From sequence record SRR20825006_950: a stretch of 48,094 nucleotides of DNA; one strand, written 5' to 3'. A program made the translations under genes and the position numbers. Below the pieces are notes generated by a model. The model saw nothing but the letters and a program-made list of their open reading frames with translations. It was not told where the DNA came from and did not search any database. This document shows, piece by piece, positions 1 through 9,928 of the stretch (position 1 is the first letter of the stretch; each line of letters opens with the position of its first letter).

Positions 1-1866
1 GACTTCAATATGGGGGCGATGGAAAACAAAGGGCTGAATATTTTCAATGCTGCCTGTGTGTTAGCCAGTCCGGAAACCGCTACCGATCAGGATTTTTATA
101 CCATTCAGAGTATTGTCGGCCATGAGTATTTCCACAACTGGTCCGGCAACCGTGTGACCTGTCGTGACTGGTTTCAGCTCAGCCTCAAAGAAGGCTTTAC
201 CGTCATGCGGGATCAGCAGTTCAGTGCCGATTTAAACTCGGCGGCCGTCGCCCGCATAGACGATGTCGATAAACTTCGCAGCATGCAGTTTGCTGAAGAT
301 GCCGGCCCCATGGCACATCCGGTGAGACCAGATTCCTATATCGAAATCAGTAACTTCTATACGGTGACGATTTACGAGAAGGGTGCTGAGGTCGTTCGCA
401 TGATCAAAACGCTGGCTGGTGAAGCCGGTTTCCGTAAAGGCACCGATCTGTATTTCGAGCGCCATGATGGTCAGGCCGTGACCACCGATGATTTTGTTAG
501 AGCGATTGAAGATGCCAACGATCTCGACCTGTCACAGTTCAGACGCTGGTACAGCCAGGCAGGGACACCGGAACTGACAGTTGAAACTGACTATGATGCG
601 GTTGAACAGCGGCTGACAATGACAGTCAGTCAGCACTCTCCCGCAACACCGGGACAGGATAAAAAGCAGCCACTCCACATTCCTTTTGCCGTCGGGCTTA
701 TGGATAAGGATGGAGACAGTCTGCCATTGCAACTGGAAGGTGAGAGTAAACCTTATCCCGCTGATACCCGTGTTTTGTCTGTGACTGAATCCAGCCAGAC
801 TTTTGAGTTTATTAATGTCGCTAGTGAACCGCTGGCATCAGTTCTGCGTGGCTTTTCAGCACCGGTTAAACTCAATCACAAGCTCAGCAATCATCAGCTT
901 GCTTTTTTGATGGCCAATGACAAGGACAGTTTTAATCGTTGGGATGCCGGGCAGAAACTGATAATTAATATCCTGTTATCGCTGGTCACTGACATACAGC
1001 AACAAAAACCATTGACCTTGTCACCGCTGCTGGTAAATCAGTTTGAACAGGTATTGACGGATAAAAAACTGGATCCGGCGCTCATCGCCAAGATGCTGAC
1101 TTTGCCAACTGAGAATTATCTGGCTGCGCAAATGGATACGCCGGATGTGGATGCGATTCATCAGGCCCGCGAATTTGTGAAGCGCCAGCTCGCGGCGGCT
1201 TTAAAAGCGCAGTTTGATCAAACCTATCAACGCATGAGTGCAAACAAGTCTTATGAATTCAATGCGTCGGAAATGGCGCGCCGCAGCCTGAAAAACCTCT
1301 GCCTCTCCTATCTTGTTGCCAGTGGGGATCCGTTCCAGGTTCAGCGCTGTCTGCGGCAGATGAAGCTGGCCGATAATATGACGGAATTGCTTGCCGGTCT
1401 CAGATTGATGGCTGATCAAATCGGGCCTGAGCGGGAGCATGCTTTACGTGCTTTCTACGAGCAGTGGAAACACGACAAGCAGGTGGTCGACAAATGGCTG
1501 GCAGTGCAGGCGGCTTCAAAGCTGCCCGACACGCTCCTTCGCGTCAAAGGGCTGATGCAGCATGAAGCTTTCAACATCAAGAACCCGAATAATGTGCGTG
1601 CCCTGATAGGCATGTTCTGTCGCAACAATCCGGTCAACTTCCATGCGAAAGACGGCTCCGGTTATCACTTTCTTGCTGAGCAGATCCTGATACTGGACAA
1701 GCTTAATCCGCAAGTGGCGGCACGCATGTTAGGGGCGCTGAACTCATGGCGTCGCTATGATGCCGGTCGTCAGGCCCTGATGAAGCAAGCGCTGGAAAAC
1801 ATTGCTGCAGAAGAATCATTGTCAGCGGATGTTTACGAGATTGTGACCAAATATCTGGCTGCCTGA
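1..1866 (+). CDS. pepN: Aminopeptidase N (M1 zinc peptidase), 5' end outside window
   Basis: Frame is open from base 1 (DFNMGAMENKG). GAMEN motif, HEYFH...E zinc motif and PepN C-terminal region (NPNNVRALIG, NPQVAAR). Confidence 0.97.
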   Translation, partial: DFNMGAMENKGLNIFNAACVLASPETATDQDFYTIQSIVGHEYFHNWSGNRVTCRDWFQLSLKEGFTVMRDQQFSADLNSAAVARIDDVDKLRSMQFAEDAGPMAHPVRPDSYIEISNFYTVTIYEKGAEVVRMIKTLAGEAGFRKGTDLYFERHDGQAVTTDDFVRAIEDANDLDLSQFRRWYSQAGTPELTVETDYDAVEQRLTMTVSQHSPATPGQDKKQPLHIPFAVGLMDKDGDSLPLQLEGESKPYPADTRVLSVTESSQTFEFINVASEPLASVLRGFSAPVKLNHKLSNHQLAFLMANDKDSFNRWDAGQKLIINILLSLVTDIQQQKPLTLSPLLVNQFEQVLTDKKLDPALIAKMLTLPTENYLAAQMDTPDVDAIHQAREFVKRQLAAALKAQFDQTYQRMSANKSYEFNASEMARRSLKNLCLSYLVASGDPFQVQRCLRQMKLADNMTELLAGLRLMADQIGPEREHALRAFYEQWKHDKQVVDKWLAVQAASKLPDTLLRVKGLMQHEAFNIKNPNNVRALIGMFCRNNPVNFHAKDGSGYHFLAEQILILDKLNPQVAARMLGALNSWRRYDAGRQALMKQALENIAAEESLSADVYEIVTKYLAA

Positions 1867-1867
1867 G

Positions 1868-2281
1868 ATGTACAAGTTACATCCGAAACTGGCACAGGAC
1901 ACCTTCAGCATCGGCGAGTATGAGCTCAGTGAAGTGCGACTGATGAATGATACCCGTTATCCCTGGGTGATTTTGGTGCCAAAGCGGCTTAATGTGGGCG
2001 AGATTTATCAGCTTGATGAACAAGGGCAACAGCGGCTGATTTATGAGTCGAGCTTCACTGCACAGCAGATGATGCAGCTGTTCTCGGCAGAGAAAATGAA
2101 TGTGGCGGCGATAGGGAATGTCGTTGAGCAACTGCATCTGCATCATGTCGCGCGTTTTACTACTGATGTCACCTGGCCACTGCCGGTCTGGGGCATTGGT
2201 GAAGCGCAAGCCTATTCGGATGTCGCTGCCAAAGCGATGCTTTCGCAGCTCCGAAGAGCGCTGGATGACTTGCTGATTTAA
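1868..2281 (+). CDS. HIT family protein
   Basis: LHLHHVAR histidine-triad-like motif, YPWVILVP, GNVVEQLH. Starts 1 nt after the pepN stop. Confidence 0.9.
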   Translation: MYKLHPKLAQDTFSIGEYELSEVRLMNDTRYPWVILVPKRLNVGEIYQLDEQGQQRLIYESSFTAQQMMQLFSAEKMNVAAIGNVVEQLHLHHVARFTTDVTWPLPVWGIGEAQAYSDVAAKAMLSQLRRALDDLLI

Positions 2282-2283
2282 TT

Positions 2284-2508
2284 ATGACCGAATTACGATT
2301 TCGCCTGCACCTGCCGCGGCAAGAGGCACTTCGTTATTATCAGGGCCAGGTCAGCACGGTTGTTGTTCTTGCCAGCAACGGTCAGACCATCAGTTTTCCT
2401 GCCTACTACATCCGCCCTTTTGTCGATGCCGCCGGTGTTAACGGTTTGTTCCGGATCCGTTTTGACGAGAACCATAAGCTGCAGTCACTGGAACGGATTG
2501 GGAGTTAA
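2284..2508 (+). CDS. DUF2835-like small protein
   Basis: 74 aa with YYQGQ...G.TI.FPA..IRPFV...GV.G.F pattern recalled for DUF2835. Operonic with the HIT gene. Confidence 0.75.
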   Translation: MTELRFRLHLPRQEALRYYQGQVSTVVVLASNGQTISFPAYYIRPFVDAAGVNGLFRIRFDENHKLQSLERIGS

Positions 2509-2516
2509 CACCGATG

Positions 2517-2617
2517 CATCCCAGCCTTCCCCCGCAAGGGGGGGAAGGAGTTGAAACCTGGTCTGGATTCAGATGCGTTCCCTTTCCCCTGGCGGGTGAG
2601 GGCCAGGGTGAAGGGGG
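2517..2617. repeat. BoxC/REP-like palindromic doublet, copy 1
   Basis: Unit A catcccagccttcccccgcaagggggggaaggag (2517-2550), 29-nt spacer, then inverted unit B ccctttcccctggcgggtgagggccagggtgaaggggg (2580-2617). Homologous to 3023-3128 and 36099-36253. Confidence 0.9.
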
Positions 2618-2622
2618 CAGCG

Positions 2623-2986
2623 TCAAACAGAATTATCATCAGAGGACTCAAGTGAGAGACCTAAATTAATCAAAATTGTCTCTAAAACAGCCTCAACATC
2701 CCTCAGTACTTCATGATTCCAAAACCGAATCACCACAAAGCCCTGCTGTGATAAATACTCACTGCGGCTATCGTCGTAAGATTTATTTTGTGCATGCTGG
2801 CCGCCATCAATCTCAATTATCAGCCTGTGTTCCAGACAGATAAAATCAACGATATAAGTACCCACAATAAACTGGCGGCGGAATTTGGCGTTTGACAGCC
2901 CGGCCCCTAATCCTGTGCCAAAGTGTTCGTTCAGCCTCAGTCATGTTTTGACGGAGTTGGCGGGCGCGATGTTGAAGTTCTTCCAT
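2623..2986 (-). pseudogene. DUF559 (YcjD/Vsr-like) endonuclease gene, frameshifted near 2900
   Basis: AGGAG RBS and ATG at 2986 give MEELQHRARQLRQNMTEAERTLWHRIRGR. The family continuation LSNAKFRRQFIVGTYIVDF...IIEIDGGQH...IRFWN is in another frame (2986 to 2865 is 121 nt, not a multiple of 3). Confidence 0.85.
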
Positions 2987-3022
2987 GAATGTTAGCTCCT
3001 TGCATGTCATTAAATTCTACAT

Positions 3023-3128
3023 CCCCCCCATCCCGACCTTCCCCCGCAAGGGGGGGAAGGAGTCAGAATCTGGCTCGAATTTAAATATGTTCCCTCTCCC
3101 CCTTGCGGGAGAGGGCTAGGGTGAGGGG
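3023..3128. repeat. BoxC/REP-like palindromic doublet, copy 2 (further degenerate unit at about 3181-3223)
   Basis: ccccccatcccgaccttcccccgcaagggggggaaggag, 29-nt spacer, ccctctcccccttgcgggagagggctagggtgagggg. Direct repeat of 2517-2617. Confidence 0.9.
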
Positions 3129-3261
3129 AATCACTCAACAATTCGCTATGTCTCCTGCCATTCCGACAGTGCTTGACTGCCTCCCTCGCCACATCAGGGC
3201 TTTCCCCCACAAATGGGAAGGAGAGAGAGCTTGTGGTGAACTGAAAATTTTTAGGCTGAAG

Positions 3262-3699
3262 TCACGACGATTTCTTCTCAACCTTATGCACAATCAATTG
3301 CGTGCCTGACAGCAAATCATGCCAGCTCAGTTTGTCCTTGCTGAGCCACTGCCAGAGAAAACCCAGTCCGAGACAGAGCCAGGACACAATGGCCACTGCA
3401 AAGCGAATCGACGCCTGTTTCCAGGTGATCTGCACCTGTGTCTGTCCGACCAGGTAGACTTTCCAGGCACGCATGCCCAGCGTCTGGCCACCATGGGTCC
3501 AGAACCAGCCATAGAAGAACAGACTGACCATCAACAGATAAAGCAGAAATATCGGGTTGCCTGCCTGGATGGCTTCACCCTGATTCAGCGCGACGGGGAT
3601 GACGGCGGCCAGAAGCAGCGCAGAAAGCAGAAGCATGAAATCGTACAGCATAACCATAAGCTGTCGCAGCGGGCCGGGACGGGTATTTGTATCTGTCAT
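3262..3699 (-). CDS. RDD family membrane protein
   Basis: R..(M)LYD..L, FWTHGGQTLGMRAWK and WHDLLSGT motifs. Likely start ATG 3699 (MTDTNT). Confidence 0.9.
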   Translation of the reverse strand: MTDTNTRPGPLRQLMVMLYDFMLLLSALLLAAVIPVALNQGEAIQAGNPIFLLYLLMVSLFFYGWFWTHGGQTLGMRAWKVYLVGQTQVQITWKQASIRFAVAIVSWLCLGLGFLWQWLSKDKLSWHDLLSGTQLIVHKVEKKSS

Positions 3700-3789
3700 A
3701 TAAAACCTGAAAAAGAAGCATTTTATTTGGGCGTTAAACCCCACTTAAAGTATCATTATCGCTTTAATTTATCTTGAATTGGGTTCCGC

Positions 3790-6700
3790 ATGCTGCAATT
3801 GATAGGCCGTCCGGCTTTTTCTGCTTTCCGACTGGAGAAATTACTCAGTGCTATTCAGGCTGAAGTCGCCGCCGTCACCGCGATCAGAACTGAATATCGC
3901 TACTTCGTGGAAATTGAAGGCGAATGTATTCTGCCCTTGCCGGAACTGAAACTGGTCGAAAGTCTGCTGGAAGCCAAGGTCGGTGATACGCAACCGGAAG
4001 CTGATGAAAGCTTTTTCCTGGTCACGCCGCGGCCGGGCACCATTTCACCCTGGTCAAGCAAGGCGACCGATATCGCCGAAAACAGCGGCGGCAATGATAT
4101 TGAGCGTATTGAGCGCGGCGTCGCCTTTTTTGTTAAAAGCAGCCAACCCCTGACTTCGAGAGAAAGACAACGGGTTGCCGGACATCTGCATGACCGCATG
4201 ATCGAGTCGGTGTTCGAAAGTATTGATGATGCTGACCGTTTATTTATGCATGGCGCTTCGCGCCCGCTGGTCAGCGTCGATATTCTCAATGGCGGTCGTG
4301 AAGCGCTGGTCGCTGCCAATCAGCGCATGGGCCTTGCGCTGGCTGAAGATGAAATTGATTACCTGTTCGATAACTTCACCATGCTCGAACGTAATCCTAA
4401 TGACATCGAGCTGATGATGTTTGCCCAGGCAAACTCTGAACACTGCCGCCACAAAATCTTCCGTGCTGACTGGATCATCGATGGCGAAACACAGCCGCAT
4501 ACCTTGTTCAACATGATCCGCAACACGCATGACAAAAACCCGGAGGGTGTGGTTACTGCCTACTCGGATAACTCCTCCGTGATTGAAGGACCCCGCAGCC
4601 ACCGTTTCCAGGTAGATATGGCGAATGGCCAGTATCACTACGAGGGTGAAGTTCAACATATCATCATGAAGGTGGAAACTCACAACCACCCGACCGCGAT
4701 TTCGCCATTTCCTGGCGCTGCCACCGGTGCCGGTGGTGAAATTCGTGACGAAGGGGCAACCGGACGTGGTTCCAAGCCCAAAGCCGGCCTGACCGGTTTT
4801 ACTGTCTCTAACCTGGAAATCCCCGGTTTTGAACAGCCCTGGGAAACGCCTTACGGCAGACCGGCGCGCATGGCCTCAGCATTAGAAATTATGACTGACG
4901 GCCCGCTGGGTGGCGCCGCTTTTAATAACGAGTTCGGCCGCCCCAATCTGTGTGGCTACTTCCGTACCTTTGAAATGCAGGTGGAATCGAGCCAGGGCTT
5001 TGAAGTCCGTGGTTACCACAAGCCGATCATGGTCGCCGGCGGTATGGGCACAATTCGTCCGCAACATGTCAAAAAAGGCATGATGGATCCGGGCATGCAA
5101 CTGATTGTGCTGGGAGGACCGGCGATGCTGATCGGTCTCGGTGGCGGTGCTGCTTCCTCAGTGACTTCCGGTACCAGCGATGAAGGTCTCGACTTTGCCT
5201 CCGTACAAAGGGGCAACCCGGAAATGGAACGCCGTTGCCAGGAAGTCATTGATCGCTGTGTGGCGCTGGGTGACGACAATCCGATCATTGCGATCCATGA
5301 TGTCGGTGCCGGTGGCCTGTCGAATGCCTTCCCCGAACTGGTTGATGACAGTGGTCGTGGCGGTCGTTTTGAGCTGCGCTTGATTCCGAATGACGAATCC
5401 AGCATGTCGCCGATGGAAATCTGGTGTAACGAGTCACAGGAACGTTACGTACTGGGCGTACACCCTGATCGCGTCGATGAATTCCAGGCCATTTGTGAAC
5501 GTGAACGCTGCCCGTGGGCCATTGTCGGTGAGACCACTGAAGAAGAGCACCTGATGCTCGGTGATGCCGATAACGAAAACCTGCCTATCGACATGCCATT
5601 GTCTCTGCTGCTGGGTAAACCGCCCAAAATGCTGCGTGACGTTACTCATGTCGACAAGACTTACCCTGAACTCGACCTCAGTGAGATTTCAGCTGAACAT
5701 GCGCTGGAACGGGTGTTGAAACTGCCGGCAGTGGCGAGCAAAAACTTCCTGATTACGATTGGTGACCGGACGGTAACGGGGCTGGTGGCTCGTGATCAGA
5801 TGGTCGGACCATGGCAGGTACCGGTAGCCGACTGTGCGGTGACGCTTGCTGATCACCATGAACTATTGGGTGAAGCGATGGCGATGGGTGAACGCACGCC
5901 TCTGGCCTTGATTAACGGTCCGGCTTCAGGCCGCATGGCCGTCGGTGAAGCCATCACCAATATTGCGGCAGCTAAAATCGAGAATTTGAGTGATATCAAA
6001 TTGTCGGCCAACTGGATGGCACCATGTGGTCATCCGGGTGAAGACGCCGTGTTGTATGACACCGTCAAGGCGGTCGGCATGGAACTGTGCCCGGAACTCG
6101 GTATAGCGATTCCTGTAGGTAAAGATTCGCTGTCGATGAAAACGGTCTGGGAAGAAAAAGGCCAAACCAAAACGGTCACCTCACCCTTATCACTGATTAT
6201 CAGCGCCTTTGCGCCGGTCACTGATGCAGCCAATACCAGTACGCCTCAATTGCGTACCGATCTGGGCGAGACGGACCTGATTTATATCGATCTGGGCCGC
6301 GGTCAGAACCGTCTGGCGACCTCGGCGCTGGCACAGGTCTTCAAACAGGTGGGCACTGAAGGGCCGGACCTCGACAATGCTGCTGATCTGAAAAACTTCT
6401 TTAACGCGATCCAGCAACTCAAGGCGCAGAACAAAATCCTGGCTTATCACGACCGGGGTGATGGCGGTCTTGCGGTGACACTGGCAGAAATGGCTTTTGC
6501 CGGTCGTTGTGGTCTGGACGTCGAGTTAAATGGAATGGGGGATGCACTCGCTGTTCTGTTTAGTGAAGAGTTGGGCGCGGTGATTCAGGTTCAGCATGAT
6601 GAACTCGAAAACGTCATGAATCTACTGACTGATAACGGTCTTGAATCTTTGTCATTTGTTATCGGTAAACCGACTGAAGAGCAGCGTCTGCGGATCCGTG

Positions 6701-7674
6701 TCGATGAGCAGACAGTCGTCGACCAGTCTCGTGTGACCCTGCAGCGTTTCTGGGCCGAGACTAGCTACCAGATGCAGGCACGGCGTGATAATCCGGAATG
6801 TGCCAGGCAGGAGTTCGACACCATTCTGGATGAAAACGATCCGGGCATGTTCGCCAAACTGAGCTTTGATGCCGCAGAAAATATCGCTGCACCACTGATA
6901 GTCAGTGGCAAGCGTCCCAAAGTCGCTATCCTGCGCGAGCAGGGTGTGAACGGTCAGGTGGAAATGGCGGCTTCATTCGATCATGCCGGCTTTTGTGCTA
7001 TCGATGTGCATATGAGTGATGTGCTGGAAGGCCGTGTTCAACTGGCCGACTTTGTGGGGCTGGTCGCCTGTGGCGGCTTCTCTTACGGCGACGTCTTGGG
7101 TGCGGGTCGTGGCTGGGCCAGCACGATTCTGCATAATGAGCGTGCCCGCAAGCAGTTTGCTGACTTCTTCCAGCGTGAGGATACCTTTGCACTGGGCGTC
7201 TGTAACGGCTGTCAGATGCTGTCTCAGCTGAAAGAACTGATTCCGGGTAGCGATCACTGGCCGCGTTTCTCTCGCAACCTGTCAGAACAGTTCGAGGCAC
7301 GTTTCTCGCTGGTTGAGGTGCTTGATTCACCGTCCGTTCTGTTGGAGGGAATGGCTGGTTCCATCATGCCGATCGCGGTGGCACATGGTGAGGGCCGGGC
7401 CGATTTCACAGAAACCGGATCCGAATCTCAGGCGATTGCCGCAATGCGCTTTGTCGATCACTATGGAGAAGCCACCGAGACTTATCCATTCAACCCTAAT
7501 GGCTCAAAGAGTGGTCTGACGGCACTGACCACAGAGGATGGTCGTGTCACGATTATGATGCCGCATCCGGAACGGGTAACCCGTGCCGTTCAGCACTCAT
7601 GGCATCCGGATAACTGGAGCAAGGAAGGTCCATGGTCCCGCCTGTTTCAGAATGCCAGACGCTGGGTCGGTTAA
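3790..7674 (+). CDS. purL: Phosphoribosylformylglycinamidine synthase (large-type PurL)
   Basis: 1294 aa. [33 protein letters not shown] and MMPHPER motifs. Confidence 0.99.
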   Translation: MLQLIGRPAFSAFRLEKLLSAIQAEVAAVTAIRTEYRYFVEIEGECILPLPELKLVESLLEAKVGDTQPEADESFFLVTPRPGTISPWSSKATDIAENSGGNDIERIERGVAFFVKSSQPLTSRERQRVAGHLHDRMIESVFESIDDADRLFMHGASRPLVSVDILNGGREALVAANQRMGLALAEDEIDYLFDNFTMLERNPNDIELMMFAQANSEHCRHKIFRADWIIDGETQPHTLFNMIRNTHDKNPEGVVTAYSDNSSVIEGPRSHRFQVDMANGQYHYEGEVQHIIMKVETHNHPTAISPFPGAATGAGGEIRDEGATGRGSKPKAGLTGFTVSNLEIPGFEQPWETPYGRPARMASALEIMTDGPLGGAAFNNEFGRPNLCGYFRTFEMQVESSQGFEVRGYHKPIMVAGGMGTIRPQHVKKGMMDPGMQLIVLGGPAMLIGLGGGAASSVTSGTSDEGLDFASVQRGNPEMERRCQEVIDRCVALGDDNPIIAIHDVGAGGLSNAFPELVDDSGRGGRFELRLIPNDESSMSPMEIWCNESQERYVLGVHPDRVDEFQAICERERCPWAIVGETTEEEHLMLGDADNENLPIDMPLSLLLGKPPKMLRDVTHVDKTYPELDLSEISAEHALERVLKLPAVASKNFLITIGDRTVTGLVARDQMVGPWQVPVADCAVTLADHHELLGEAMAMGERTPLALINGPASGRMAVGEAITNIAAAKIENLSDIKLSANWMAPCGHPGEDAVLYDTVKAVGMELCPELGIAIPVGKDSLSMKTVWEEKGQTKTVTSPLSLIISAFAPVTDAANTSTPQLRTDLGETDLIYIDLGRGQNRLATSALAQVFKQVGTEGPDLDNAADLKNFFNAIQQLKAQNKILAYHDRGDGGLAVTLAEMAFAGRCGLDVELNGMGDALAVLFSEELGAVIQVQHDELENVMNLLTDNGLESLSFVIGKPTEEQRLRIRVDEQTVVDQSRVTLQRFWAETSYQMQARRDNPECARQEFDTILDENDPGMFAKLSFDAAENIAAPLIVSGKRPKVAILREQGVNGQVEMAASFDHAGFCAIDVHMSDVLEGRVQLADFVGLVACGGFSYGDVLGAGRGWASTILHNERARKQFADFFQREDTFALGVCNGCQMLSQLKELIPGSDHWPRFSRNLSEQFEARFSLVEVLDSPSVLLEGMAGSIMPIAVAHGEGRADFTETGSESQAIAAMRFVDHYGEATETYPFNPNGSKSGLTALTTEDGRVTIMMPHPERVTRAVQHSWHPDNWSKEGPWSRLFQNARRWVG

Positions 7675-7679
7675 AACGA

Positions 7680-9824
7680 ATGATGCCTCGCAGACTTGCC
7701 TTGCGGGGCAGATTGTTTTTCCTGCTGCTACTGCTGTGGGGCGGGTTTGCATTCCACTCTGGCGCAGAGGCTGCCCAGCCGTCGGTTGATCTTGCCGATC
7801 TGAACTGGGAGTACCATTGGGGCGACCTGGCAGTCACCGATGCCGGGTCCGACTTTCCCGCGGATGCTTCACAATGGCAGTCAATTGCCTTTCCGGCCAA
7901 TCCTCCCGGGCGCGATGAACATCAATATGTCTGGTTTCGCGCAGTGTTACCCGAGGCCAATCTGTCTGAGCCGGTCATTTTCATTACCAGTATTAACCTC
8001 AATGTCGAAGCCTATCTCGACGACCAGCTGATTCACCAGTTCGGTGAGCTGGGAGACAACAAAAATCAGCGCTTTATGGGCTGGCCCTGGCACCAGATTA
8101 CGCTGCCCGAAAACTTTGCCGGTAAAACGCTGTATCTCCGTATTTATTCCGATTACACCGATATTGGCTTGTGGGGTGAAGCCAGGCTAATGGAACGCTC
8201 CAATATGCTGCTGCATGTTATCAGCAGTGGCCTGCATGAGTTGATTGTTGCCGCTTTTTCTCTGCTGGTGGCGTTTGTGACGCTGGTGTTTGCCCTGTTT
8301 CGTGGTACCAAAAAAGAATTTTTCTATCTCGGTTTGTTCTCTCTTGCCACAGCGGGTGTGCTTATCGGGGAAAACCTCGCAATACAGCTGGTCATCCAGT
8401 GGCCATTACTGAAAACCTATCTCGCCGCAGTCAGTTACTTCTCGATGCCGATATTCATCGCCATGCTGCTTTATCACTGGCTAAATGGGGCCAAAGGCAG
8501 CCGACTGCTCAAATTTGTGGCTCAGGTGCACCTCGCTTATCTGGCATCGGCAGTATTACTGTCATTGACGGGCGTGGTGAATCTCGCCATCTTTTTCCCG
8601 ATATTTGATGCGCTGTTCGTTGTGTCCTTGCTCATCATGATGCGGGTTGTGCTGCAAATATCGAGACAGGTCAATTACTCCCAGCAACTGGTGTTGGGCG
8701 CATTTGCCGTTTATGCCATCTTTTTACTGGTCGATATGCTGGTGGCACACAGTTTCCTGCCATGGGTCGATTTCCCTATCGCCATAGGCGGTCTATTGTT
8801 TGCTCTGGTGCTGGTGGTGGTTTCGATACGCAGTTATGTGCACACCAATCTGTCGATGGAACAACTGAATCAGCAACTTGAACAACGGGTCACTGAACGC
8901 ACAGCTGAACTGCATGCCTACGTTGAAGCAGAACAACAGCGCCGCAAAGAACTGGAACGGGAAAACCAGTTCAGTGCGGAACTGGAAAAATTCAATGTGG
9001 CGCTGCAATCCTGCCAGGATATTGATGAAGCCAAGGAGCTGATGCGAGGCGGGCTCGCCGCTGTTTTCAGCCCGACCCGGGTTCAGGTGAGTCTGGATGG
9101 CGATACCATCAATACACTACCGGACGCACAAATCCGTTTACAGCAGTTGGAGGGGGGCAGCCAGGTTCTGGCCTCGCTGACACTGGATGGGGGTGATGAG
9201 GCATTACCCAGAGACCGTCTGGAAGACTTCATCCGCCGTGCTTCTCAGCGGCTCACGGTAACACTGGGCAATATCAAGCTGCGCGAGGATTTACAGCGTT
9301 ACTCCTTTGAGGATTCCCTGACCGGTTTACGCAACCGTCGTTTTTTTGATGACGCGCTGGCACGGGATATTCAGCTCGCCAAGCGTAATCAAACCGCTTT
9401 GTCATTGTTGGTTTGCGATATCGATCATTTCAAGCGCTTCAATGATGAGTACGGTCATGATGCCGGCGATGCCGCTTTGCAGGCGGTAGCTGAGACATTG
9501 CAGCAATATTTTCGTGAGAGTGATATACCGTGTCGCTTTGGCGGTGAGGAGTTCGTGGTTTTGATGCGTGATGCCGAAGCTGAAGATGCCAGAGCCAAGG
9601 CGGAAAAGCTCAGAGAGGCTGTGCAGGCGCTGGATATCCACTATCGTGACGAGAAACTCTCACACCTCACCATTTCCATTGGTGTTGCCTCTTTAACTGA
9701 ACAGGACATCGATGCAGAAACGTTGCTACGCCAAGCTGATCAGGCACTGTATGCGGCCAAGCAGGGCGGGCGCAACCAAGTCAAATCTGCTCATGACAGA
9801 ATCAACAGAGAAAATCTGGCCTAA
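7680..9824 (+). CDS. Membrane-bound diguanylate cyclase with 7TM-DISM-like sensor
   Basis: Signal/periplasmic domain, about 7 hydrophobic helices, coiled coil, DSLTGLRNRR, DIDHFK.FND.YGH..GD, RESD I-site and RFGGEEF. ATG 7680 chosen to avoid overlap with purL. Confidence 0.9.
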   Translation: MMPRRLALRGRLFFLLLLLWGGFAFHSGAEAAQPSVDLADLNWEYHWGDLAVTDAGSDFPADASQWQSIAFPANPPGRDEHQYVWFRAVLPEANLSEPVIFITSINLNVEAYLDDQLIHQFGELGDNKNQRFMGWPWHQITLPENFAGKTLYLRIYSDYTDIGLWGEARLMERSNMLLHVISSGLHELIVAAFSLLVAFVTLVFALFRGTKKEFFYLGLFSLATAGVLIGENLAIQLVIQWPLLKTYLAAVSYFSMPIFIAMLLYHWLNGAKGSRLLKFVAQVHLAYLASAVLLSLTGVVNLAIFFPIFDALFVVSLLIMMRVVLQISRQVNYSQQLVLGAFAVYAIFLLVDMLVAHSFLPWVDFPIAIGGLLFALVLVVVSIRSYVHTNLSMEQLNQQLEQRVTERTAELHAYVEAEQQRRKELERENQFSAELEKFNVALQSCQDIDEAKELMRGGLAAVFSPTRVQVSLDGDTINTLPDAQIRLQQLEGGSQVLASLTLDGGDEALPRDRLEDFIRRASQRLTVTLGNIKLREDLQRYSFEDSLTGLRNRRFFDDALARDIQLAKRNQTALSLLVCDIDHFKRFNDEYGHDAGDAALQAVAETLQQYFRESDIPCRFGGEEFVVLMRDAEAEDARAKAEKLREAVQALDIHYRDEKLSHLTISIGVASLTEQDIDAETLLRQADQALYAAKQGGRNQVKSAHDRINRENLA

Positions 9825-9928
9825 GCTTATTATGACGCTTTAAATTTTGGTTATCTGACGTAATCATGTTCGGCGACTTTGCCAGAGTATGCTGATAAAG
9901 TTGTCATGAAAGAAGTTCTGGAATAAGC

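Noticed and set aside
2517-3128. Repeat-spacer-repeat pattern as a mini CRISPR
   Set aside because: Units are inverted relative to each other, spacers are homologous rather than unique, and no cas genes are present.
2360-3309. Short ORFs 2360-2554, 2438-2626, 3010-3210 and 3103-3309 (also 35830-36141 and 36032-36220) with PSPPCGGR-like peptides
   Set aside because: They are translations of the BoxC-like repeats, not genes.
7632-7679. ORF-track start of the GGDEF gene overlapping purL
   Set aside because: ATG 7680, just after the purL stop, gives a normal signal-peptide N-terminus.
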